The notes beneath the pieces were generated by a model that had not been told where the DNA came from, made no database searches, and saw only the letters and a list, made by a program, of their open reading frames with translations. Position numbers and translations under genes: made by a program. This document shows positions 24,501-36,500 of a DNA stretch of 64,000 bases, piece after piece. The first letter of the stretch is position 1. The number at the start of each line of letters is the position of its first letter. The stretch lies in assembly GCF_964355755.1 (NCBI RefSeq), contig NC_092674.1:13020001-13084000 (forward strand), in the 5' to 3' direction. Source of the stretch: Antedon mediterranea. Taxonomy: Eukaryota; Animalia; Echinodermata.

Positions 24501-27500
24501 CTTGCAGCCCATGAACCGGTTTCCTTGTAAGTTTTAATTATTCTCCCCACAGTGTGTCTCTCAACTTCTACCTGCTCTTCTTCCCGGAGAACATCAACAA
24601 TTCTTCTTTGGCGCATGCCCAGCTCGTTCAAACGGACAATCCGTTCTCTCAGATACAATGATAGTTGACCTTTCATTTTTGGACAGTGAATTTTTTATTC
24701 AGAAACACGAACTTTATACCTGTCAAGAACCACGCCCAAATCTTATAAAAGAATTATCCAATCGACGACGTAAACAATCTGATTGGCTGATATCTCCTTC
24801 ACGATGATGCGTGATAAAAAATAGATACCAATTTTGCATATTTTAAATGAATGTTTAAATGTACATATATTTGGTTTTGTTTACATTATCTATTTTGCAT
24901 TACAAATATACATTTATAAATAAATATACGTCGGAAACGTTTAAAATAAAGAGGTTTTTAAAGTTTTTTTCTGGATATCGCGTCAATCATTCAGACACGG
25001 TTCAAAAACTTTGTAATATAATACAGTAATATTATTTTTCATATTAGAATATAATAGAAGTTTCCATCAACTAAAGTATTTTCAATTAAGTTTTTTTTCA
25101 CTTTGGCCGAATTCGAAGCAAAGCCATTTCCGTCATCCAAAACGAACGAATTTAATTGGGCATTCGCAAATAATGTTATTGTTATTTTGAGGTGTATTTT
25201 TTCATAAAAACTTTAGTTGGGTTTTTATGAATATAAATTTTACCTTGTAATTACTAAAATGACTAGAAATTAAATCTGAAAACTTTCCGTTTATACTGTA
25301 GAGTACTGTGGAGTGGAATGCGTTGATTGGTTGGGTCATACCATTTCCTAAGGTCATAACCAACACGCTATGCATGCCGTAGAGTGTATAGTGTGAAATA
25401 GGCCTAAAAATTAGTTACTGTTTTGTTTATGACGGATTATATATTATACTGTACGTTGTTAATTATTAAAAATACTAGAGTAACTGGAAATGTCGCGTTG
25501 TAGGCCTATCGTTTTTCAAACACCCTACTCAACAAGTACAATGAGCCAGTGGAATTGGCCGCCGAGAGCCGTTATCACCTGATGAATAAACACGCAATGA
25601 TTTGTGGCCTTGGACTAATACTCGATTGGGCTAATTTTAATGGAAAAATATATGCATTGCAATTTATACATCAAACAGAACAGAATATTTATTATTAAAC
25701 CAATTCGACATTCGGTGTTTGGATTATTATTTTATTTGGCCTTCTAAAATCATCGGATTCTCATCCTTTGTTTTGGTTTTTTTATGGGTAACAATAGACA
25801 GAAGTAAACTTTGTTACATTACAGTGACAGGCGTGTTCTGGTTACATAATCATGGTCGCGTTCCTTAACACAAATTAAATAAACAACAACTATTCAAGCA
25901 CGCACTGTTTCACGATCGTCATGGACCGTGAATTCCACATTGTAGCAGGAAGTAGCTGACGTCATGGACCACACGCCGATTACAGGTCCGCGGTAATTAC
26001 ACATATTTTACACGCGTGACAAACGCGGTTTATGGTACATGATTTGTAGTCAGTACTGTAAATTGTCATTACAACAAATACGTACGTAGGCTCTGGCCTA
26101 GGGCTAGGCCTCTAGCTAGCACCAGCCATTAGATAGGCCTAGTCTAGTAGTATTAATTATTAATAAGTAGTAGGAGCTAGAACATAAGATCATATTTATT
26201 TCTATATTTATTAGATAGCCTAGGCTACCGATAAAATTCAAACAACGTTTTTCGCAAGTAAATAAAGTACGCTAAACAGGTATACTACTAGGTAGGCCTA
26301 GAAAAAACAACCCATAACAAAAAGTCTTAGTAGTTATAGCTCTATAGCGGTTAGCCTTATAGTCTATCCGGCTTAGTAGATATAGAGCTGTCGCCTATGT
26401 ATCACCTACTAGTAGATAGATATTTGATAGATTTTTTATAGTTGTTAGTAGATTTTTGCCTCATTAGCATATTTCGCGATGATATTAGTAGGCGACACCT
26501 ACTAAATACAACTATGATTAGACTACCAATAATCTATCTAGAATGGATTCTTAATTGGCTATTATTTGGCTTTTAAAAATCTACATTAATTTGCTATTTA
26601 TGGGCTATTAAAAATCTACTAATTAAATGACTATTATTGGGCTATTAAAAATCTGTATAAATTGGCTATTATTTGGCAATTAAAAATCTACATAAAATGG
26701 CTATAATTTGTCTACTTAAAATCTACATTATTTGGCTATTAATATACTATTAAAAATCTACTAAATAATTGGCTATTATTCAACTACTAAAAATCTACAT
26801 TATTTGCCTATTATTGGGCTATTAAAAATCTACATAAAAATGGCTATTATTTGTCTACTAAAAATCTACATTATTTTGCTATTATTGGGCTATTAAAAAT
26901 CTACTTAAAAATGGCTATTATTTGTCTACTAAAAATCTACATTATTTGGCTATTATTGGGCTATTAAAAATCTACATAAAAATGGCTATTATTTGTCTAC
27001 TAAAAATCTACATTATTTGGCTATTATTGGGCTATTAAAAATCTACATAAAAATGGCTATTATTTGTCTACTAAAAATCTACATTATTTGGCTATTATTG
27101 GGCTATTAAAAATCTTCATAAAAATGGCTATTATTTGTCTACTAAAAATCTACATTATTTGGATACTATTGGTCTATTAAAAATCTACTTAAAAATGGCT
27201 ATTATTTGTCTACTAAAAATCTACATTATTTGGCTATTATTGGTCTATTAAAAATCTACTTAAAAATGGCTATTATTTGTCTACTAAAAATCTACATTAT
27301 TTGGCTATTATTGGGCTATTAAAAATCTACACTATTTGGCTATTATTGGGCTGTTAAAAATCTACTTAAAAATGGCTATTATTTGTCTACTAAAAATCTA
27401 CATTATTTGGCTATTATTGGGCTATTAAAAATCTACATTATTTGGCTATTATTGGGCTATTAACAATCTACATATAGATATTATTGGACTATTAAAAATC

Positions 27501-30500
27501 TACATATAACTATTATTGGGCTATTAACAATCTACATATAGATATTATTGGGCTATTAAAAATCTACATATAAATTGGCTATTAAAAATCTACATAAATT
27601 AACTACTGTTAATTTAGATACTTAAAATCTACAGAAATTAAAATTCTAATCTTTTCTGGCTAAAATACAGATACAGAACAATAATTCATCTTATTGGCAA
27701 ATAACAAATGTATAATGACAATAATAATAATAACAAATCAATTTTTTTCTCGTATTTGTAAACCTTAATCTTGTCCATACATATGCGAGTCCGAAAACTT
27801 TAAGCACATATTTTAACTCAGTTGGACATGTAAAAGGAAGAATACCAAACAACAACAGTTACTTTTGTAACAATTTAGACTTATTAAGTGAAACAAGACA
27901 TTAGTAAACCAAATATACAGTATACATTTTATAAATTTATTTAACAAAAAATTAAGATAGTACATTATTTGTAAACCTTAATATCTTAACCATTGCACAT
28001 GTTTTAACTCAGCTGGACATGTAAAAGGAAGAATACCAAACAACAACAACAACAGTTACTTTTGTAACAATTTAGACTTATTAAGTGAAACAAGACATTA
28101 GTAACCAAATATACAGTATACATTTTATAAATTTATTTAACAAAAAATTAAGATAGTACAGTATTTGTAAACCTTAATATCTTAACCATAACATTGCACA
28201 TGTTTTAACATCACTTTTGTAACAATCTAGACTTATCAAATGAAACAAGACACAGTATCCAAATATACAGTATACATTTTATTTAAACTTCAAAATTCAA
28301 AACAATTCCTGAATGGAATTAGACCAGACAATAAGAAATGCACCAAATATTGTCACTATTGACATGAAAAATTAATTACGCAAAAGCACACTTCACCATA
28401 AATTAATCATCTTTGCACTTGACCATCAAATTTGTACTTGTATAGGTTAAAGATCGTCTCTCTGAAAAAATAATTGTTTAAACATTTTTTTGTTGAATAT
28501 GCCATTTGAATTTTGCTATACAAGGGCTACCTACCAGTAACCTATTAACAGACTATAAACAAACTGATAATAGCCAGTAACTATTAATAAACTATTTATT
28601 TTATATACTTAGGCCTACTAAGAATTATTACAAAAAGATACAGTAGATATAGCTAGATGACCTAGGCCTCTAGGCCTAGATACTGCATTAGAAATCTATT
28701 ATTTAAATATCACAGTTGTAATATCTATCAACTGCATACTTACAATAGCTATACTAGGGCTACCAATAATAACCTATTAATAGACTAGGCTTAGGCCTAT
28801 TAACAAACTGATAATAGGCCTAGGCAGCCCAGTATAACTATTTAGTATTAATATTATAAACTAAAAAATCTATTTTATAATTGAACCCTGGGAAGTAGGC
28901 CTACAACTTGTGGCTTATTACTATGTTTTCATTTATGTACACACCTATAATTATATTATACTGTATAATGCTATTGTTGAATAAATAAATGTTTTTTGAA
29001 CAACAAATAGGCAATGTAGGGCCTAGGCTAACTAGTAGTAGGCCTATAAGCCTAGGCTATAAAGTATATTAGGCCTAGGCTAGGCTATTATAATTATAAA
29101 TTGAATGAAAAATGCCTAGTGCAATTTAAAAAAGACTAGGCCTAGGCCAGGGCCTACCTAGCTTAGTAGCCTAGCCTAGGCCTACTAACTAATACAGGCC
29201 TGGCTAGCTTATAGAGCCTACTAGAGGCCTACTAGCCTAGCTTCTAGCCTATCAAAAAGGAACACTTTAACTTTAACAAATAAAATGTAAAGATATGGAT
29301 TGATTCACTTACCACTAAACTGACATTGTGGTTGGAATAAAAATAAACATTCATGGTCTGATCGAAAAGGCCTACAACAAGCGAATGCTCCTTTTTTCTC
29401 TGATCATCTGCATCGTGCCTGCTGCTGCTGCAAAACAGAAGCGGGAATTTGGATGTAACAATTGTTATACACACGCACTAATATATAGACGGCTATCTAT
29501 AACCTATTAACAAACTACATTTTACATTTTACATTTAACTTATATTCCATACCTACTAAATATCTATTATATATAGATAGATGGAGGCTACTACAAATCT
29601 ATTAGAAATCTATGAGTAACACAGTTTTGTATTATCTATCAACTGTCTACTTATAATAGATAGACAACAGCTATCTATAACCTATTAACAAACTACGTTT
29701 AACATATATTCCATACCTACTAAATATCTATTATATATAGATAGATGGAGACTACTACAAGTCTATTAGAAATCTATGAGTAACACAGTTTTGTATTATC
29801 TATCAACTGTCTACTTATAATAGATAGACAACAGCTATCTATAACCTATTAACAAACTACGTTTAACTTATATTCCATACCTACTATATCTATTATATAT
29901 AGATAGATGGAGACTACTACAAGTCTATTAGAAATCTATGAGTAGCACAGTTTTGTATTATCTATCAACTGTCTACTTATAATAGATAGACAACAGCTAT
30001 CTATAACCTATTAACAAACTACGTTTAACATATATTCCATACCTACTAAATATCTATTATATATAGATAGATGGAGACTACTACAAGTCTATTAGAAATC
30101 TATGAGTAACACAGTTTTGTATTATCTATCAACTGTCTACTTATAATAGATAGACAGCAGCTATCTATAACCTATTAACAAACTACATTTAACTTATATT
30201 CCATACCTACTAAATATCTATTATATATAGATAGCTGGAGACTACTACAAGTCTATTAGAAATCTATGAGTAACACAGTTTTGTATTATCTATCAACTGT
30301 CTATTTATAATAGATAGACAACAGCTATCTATAACCTATTAACAAACTACATTTAACTTATATTCCATACCTACTAAATATCTATTATATATAGATAGAT
30401 GGAGACTACTACAAGTCTATTAGAAATCTATGAGTAACACAGTTTTGTATTATCTATCAACTGTCTATTTATAATAGATAGACAACAGCTATCTATAACC

Positions 30501-33500
30501 TATTAACAAACTACATTTAACTTATATTCCATACCTACTAAATATCTATTATATATAGATAGATGGAGACTACTACAAGTCTATTAGAAATCTATGAGTA
30601 ACACAGTTTTGTATTATCTATCAACTGTCTACTTATAATAGATAGACAACAGCTATCTATAACCTATTAACAAACTACGTTTAACTTATATTCCATACCT
30701 ACTAAATATCTATTATATATAGATAGATGGAGACTACTACAAGTCTATTAGAAATCTATGAGTAATACAGTTTTGTATTATCTATCAACTGTCTACTTAT
30801 AATAGATAGACAACAGCTATCTATAACCTATTAACAAACTACATTTAACTTATATTCCATACCTACTAAATATCTATTATATATAGATAGATGGAGACTA
30901 CTAAAAGTCTATTAGAAATCTATGAGTAACACAGTTTTGTATTATCTATCAACTGTCTACTTATAATAGATAGGCAGCAGCTATCTATAACCTATTAACA
31001 AACTACGTTTAACTTATATTCCATACCTACTAAATATCTATTATATATAGATAGATGGAGACTACTACAAGTCTATTAGAAATCTATGAGTAGCACAGTT
31101 TTGTATTATCTATCAACTGTCTACTTATAATAGATAGACAACAGCTATCTATAACCTATTAACAAACTACGTTTAACTTATATTCCATACCTACTAAATA
31201 TCTATTATATATAGATAGATGGAGACTACTACAAGTCTATTAGAAATCTATGAGTAACACAGTTTTGTATTATCTATCAACTGTCTACTTATAATAGATA
31301 GACAACAGCTATCTATAACCTATTAACAAACTACATTTAACTTATATTCCATACCTACTAAATATCTATTATATATAGATAGATGGAGACTACTACAAGT
31401 CTATTAGAAATCTATGAGTAACACAGTTTTGTATTATCTATCAACTGTCTATTTATAATAGATAGACAGCAGCTATCTATAACCTATTAACAAACTACAT
31501 TTAACTTATATTCCATACCTACTAAATATCTATTATATATAGATAGATGGAGACTACTACAAGTCTTCTAGAAATCTATGAGTAACACAGTTTTGTATTA
31601 TCTATCAACTGTCTATTTATAATAGATAGACAGCAGCTATCTATAACCTATTAACAAACTACATTTAACTTATATTCCATACCTACTAAATATCTATTAT
31701 ATATAGATAGATGGAGACTATTCCCTGTCTACATAAAAACTCTTAAGGTGAAAAATATCTATTAAAAACTATTAACAATGGTGTAGCTTAAATACCTACT
31801 TTAAATAGTGCTACATCAACTATGATACAACTACTTACTGTGTACTTTTAATAGGTAGTACCTATTATGTCACCTATCTATTTTATGTAGTCAGAAAGTA
31901 GTCAAAGAAATTATGATAAAATCCTTAGTAGCCAAGAGAAAAAAACTACTAACGGCCTATTAAGCCTACTAAGGATAGAGCTATTTCTATTAAAGACTAT
32001 CTAAATATACTTAATTATTTCGTTATGGGAAGGGGCCATTTTCACAAATCGACGTTGTTGTTTGCAGTTTTCCTTTATAAAATATGACAGAGGTCAGTCG
32101 CTCGGTTGCCTACAGTTCCAACTCGTGGTCGACTCGGCTCCCTGGTGGCCAATCATGCATATCATCGGGTGAATCATCGGGTTCGTCGTTCTCAATTCGT
32201 CATGCCACGTGCGAGCTTTGGGTGGTCAAATTACATCGTTAAGTTAAGCGATATTATTCCGCGACGTGTGTTGTAGCAATGGAGATGGAGTAACAATAAT
32301 TCGGCAATGCCGAAGAGGAAAACCATGACCCAAAACAGAAGTAAGGTCATTATAATAATTATTATTTAACGATGAATACATTCGGATTTTGAATATATAT
32401 AAATTGTATGAATTATGAATTATATATGAATAAAAAAAACCACAATTAGTGGTGATAGTAAATACAATTATATCGAATCTCAATTTATTCCCGGTAGCGA
32501 ACAGATTGAATTGCTTTCATTATTTCTGCTTGGTGATTAAGAAATCATAAAACATATCTTTCTTTATTTTCATGGTATTCCAATAATTGTTTAAAAAATA
32601 ACTACCCTCAACTTTAAATAACAAATTAAATAAGTCTACTAAACATTGTTGATTTCCCATGGACCCAACAATACCCCAACTATTTCATTAATAATTGTTT
32701 ATTTGTAACAGTTTATTTGAAATCCTTGTCCTTTGTTAATTCAATTGTGTGACAATTAAATTAGATTGTACATGCTTATGCTGTATATTATGTAAAAAGA
32801 TGATTCATGGTATATATCAGATTCTTAAAAAAGATCAACATTTTGAATTCTTAAAATGTGTTCTATATCTTTATTTGGAGTTAGACTCGTACTACATTCA
32901 TTAAAATGATAAACAAATAGCCGGCAGGCGTGTGTACAGAGGGGGGCTTATCAATGATGGAGGCATAAAAATGGGGGCGTAGGGTACCATTTTACCAGAG
33001 AGATGTAAAATAATTATTTAACAAACATTTAACTGGTTGGTTTTACTGCGTTCGCGTACAATTTATCATTTGGATTTTTTAAGTTATATGTAGGTTATGT
33101 TAAATTGTATTTATCAGTGACAATAGGTATCCCAATGTAAAAATTCAAATTAATGATGGTACTTTTTCTTTCAGTTAATCAGAAGGAACTTACTGAACAT
33201 AAACTTTTGCAATTTAAATGATTGAAATCGGATTATCCATTCAAAAGTTATGGTCCGTTAAAGTGCCCAAAAAACAGTGATTTTTGCTTGAAAAATTGCA
33301 CTTTTTCTAATTATATTTGAACCCATTTTTGAAGGGTTATAACTTTTATACTAATAATTTTAAAGTTCTTATTTTTTCCAAACCCATAGATACAACAGAG
33401 TTGTACAAGAAAAAATTTTTTTTGGGTGTCCTCGACATTTTTTTTTTTAGATATCGCCCTACAAAATTCGTCCGAGGGCTTTTTACGCGTGATTTTCCCA

Positions 33501-36500
33501 ATGTCTCAAAAATGCCCAAAAAGTTCCTGTCTTTAAATGATTCATAACTTTTGAACCAATGTGTGAATTAACTTCTTTTTTTTTTGCATTGCATAAAATG
33601 TAATATGTATTTTAGTAAGGTTATTTATATTGACAGGTAGGTAATTCTGAAATACAACATAAAATATTGTTAAAAAATGTTAAAATGTGAAAAAAAAAAA
33701 TTTTGCGTTAAAACACTGTGTGGGTATTGTTTCTTTTCATCAAATATTATTTTTCGTAAGTATACATTTGTTTAATAATTCTAGTATTTAAAGTTATATT
33801 TATAATCATATTATTTTAATTGATTTTCGAACCGCCAAAAATAAGAATTAAGCCCGTGCTTATTATGTGTTCGATTCCATTTGGAGCGCCGGGCCGAACG
33901 TAGACTCGGCCGCGCCTACTACAAGTTAAGTTATATAGGCCCCTAGCTGCTAACTAAGGTCTAAATAAAAGCCTGACGCTAAATTCTGCCTAAGAAATAT
34001 CGGGAAGAAATTTTTTATTTAACAAAGTAATTACCTCAATGGTATAATTGTAACATGTTTAATTTTATTTCCCTTTCGATTATTCTAACCGAAAGTTGCA
34101 CTTTGAATTGAAATATACGGAATAAAATTTAGGCCTAGAAACAGCGTAGACATACAACGGCAACACAGGCCAAAGCGCGTTTCGGCCGCCTACATAGAAT
34201 GGCTTACGGCCGCTGCATAGCAAAATCAAAGCTTCTTAAATTTCTTCGGTACATTTCTTCCTAACGTACTTGCTTTATATAGTAGATTTATAAATATTCC
34301 ACTTATTAAATAATTTAATAAATCGGTAAAATTGACGTTTCGAAGCAAATATTCCATGAGAGGCGACATTTTTCGACATGCCTCGTGTGCGGCGAAGACT
34401 AGTTCAGAAAATGGAACAGTCCACTGCAGGGGTTATCCAATCATTAATTAACGCGCTAATACATGCATACCATGCACATTGTCTGGGCGACGGTAATTTA
34501 GTAATAAGCGGAGAACTGAATCCCCCCCCGTAAGGAAAATGGTAAACACTGATATTTATGGTAGGGATTATTTTTTTCAGTGGTTGGTCTTGTTGGCCTC
34601 TTCGCACGAGGTCCACGCAAAGTCAAATAAAACGATGTGGTTTATCAAACAGAAATATAAATTAGCTTCAATTCAATACTAAATTAGCCAGATTTTGATA
34701 ATGAGAAAGACTAAAAAATTCAATTTTTATCGTTAAAATTGACATTTGAGGCGGATGTACATAATAATAATAACCGATTTACATATCAAAATAAAGAGTA
34801 TTTAAAGCCTGATAACATGCAACAAAAATTACTCCACCACCTATTATGGACCTCGTGCGATCGTGTTTTGAAAATGGGTAGGTGTTTTCCAAAGTTATTT
34901 TTAGCGCGCGGATTTCGGCTCGCCGGCTTTTGTACCTCATTTTTAAATGGTTCAAAAGTTATCTTTCCCAGCGTAAACAAATAGTTAAATATCATAATAA
35001 ATTATCTAAAAATACAAAAGTCAAAATTGGCATACCACAAGGTAGTGTCTTAGGACCAATTTTATTCATATTATTTATAAATGACCTTCCTCAATATGTT
35101 TACCCAGGATCATGTAGTATTTTTGCTGATGATGTCGTCATCTACACTACTGGAAATGCAATGGAAAATGTCAACATCAAACTGCAAACAATTATGAATA
35201 ACGTTGGAAATTGGTATAATCATAATAAATTACGAGTACATTCTAGTTCTCAAAAAAATAATTGTTTTTCCATACTTTTTCTTTTGAACGTTCTATTACT
35301 GATTGTTGTATTTTTTGTCTTGGATTTTTTAATTTTTGTGTTTTTAAGTTGTTTGCGAGACCATATTGGAAAACAGAAAATTATGATCTTTTTTTTCTGA
35401 ATTATGTTATCCTGCTTAAATATGTTTTAATAAATAAATAAATAAATTTCATAGGGGGTATTTTCATATTGCATTTTGTGTTATAAAATGTCGAGTGTTT
35501 CACCTGCTTTGATAGAAACAAAAATGTAAACATAATATTAGTGTATTGGTAAACACATGATGTACTGCTAACCATACCTAGTGTATTTGTGCACATAATA
35601 CTATAGTATGTGACATTTGAGACCGTTTTATTTGACACGACAAAGCATTTGACCTAAAAAACGTACATTATTATATATCCTAATGTAGTACATTTTGAAT
35701 GTTGACATGGCAGGAGAAACACTAAAAATGTTCCTTCTAACAGAGTTTTTCTCGGGTTACTTGGATTTCGGTGTATTGTTGTATTTATTGTAATGGGCTG
35801 TGTGCTCCATAGTTTAGAAACTTAGATACTATTTTAGTATTACAGGCGGATTAAAAATTTGTTGTTTATTATAAAACATAGACCTTTCAAAATACTAGGC
35901 CTACTTAGTTTATTAATGAAATATATCATAATTATAATATACATTTGGATTAGCTGTACGCGAGTGCAAATAAAACATCTAAATGAATATGTATTTGCAA
36001 AAAGCTAAAATTATGTTTTCGAGAATTTTTATTTTGACCACATACTAAGTGGTTAGTGTAACTTCACATTTATGATATATGAAACATTATGTTGATTAGT
36101 CACCTTAATATGGACCTTTGCCATATACGATGATTTAAAATTCAGAGTTTTAGTATTATAGTATTACAGTTGAACCCCCATGAGCGCTCACCCCCCGAAA
36201 GTTGGCTCCCTTAACGGCCGTACTTTCGAAAAGCCTGTTTGTTCTTCATCTAATTAGTTGACCTCCTGTAAGCAGGGGTAGTAACAAAGTGCGAGGCAGC
36301 GAGGCACGCGAGGAGGGGAAGGCAAGCGTGGCAAGTCAGACATTTATGCGAGGCATCATTTTACCATCATCAAAAAAATGCGAGGCATCATTTTATCATT
36401 TCTCAAAATTGCGAGGCAAGAAATCACCGAAATTGAAGAAGCACGGGCCTAGTAGCCGCTAAGCCCGCTATAGTTCCCTTTTGCACTTGCCTTGTATTTT

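Larger units (their letters stand above)
20514..26058. mobile_element. Full-length two-gene Tc1/mariner (DD34E) transposon: transposase + BEN-domain gene
   Basis: 26-bp TIRs CAGTACTGACTACATGTCATATACCA / (rc) CAGTACTGACTACAAATCATGTACCA (23/26 match), TA on both flanks (20512-13, 26059-60); two intact convergent genes. Confidence 0.92.
26311..32029. mobile_element. Non-autonomous CCC...GGG element with 2-bp TSD (EnSpm/CACTA-like) carrying satellite arrays
   Basis: CCCATAACAAAA / TTTCGTTATGGG termini, AA on both flanks, CTACTAA/TTAGTAG subterminal repeats. Confidence 0.72.

Noticed and set aside
26560-27640. CRISPR-like array of 35-36-bp units
   Set aside because: No unique spacers, no cas genes, spliced eukaryotic context; it is a minisatellite.
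32900-34940. Probable DNA-transposon remnants with CpG-rich patches
   Set aside because: No paired TIRs or coding motifs could be established.
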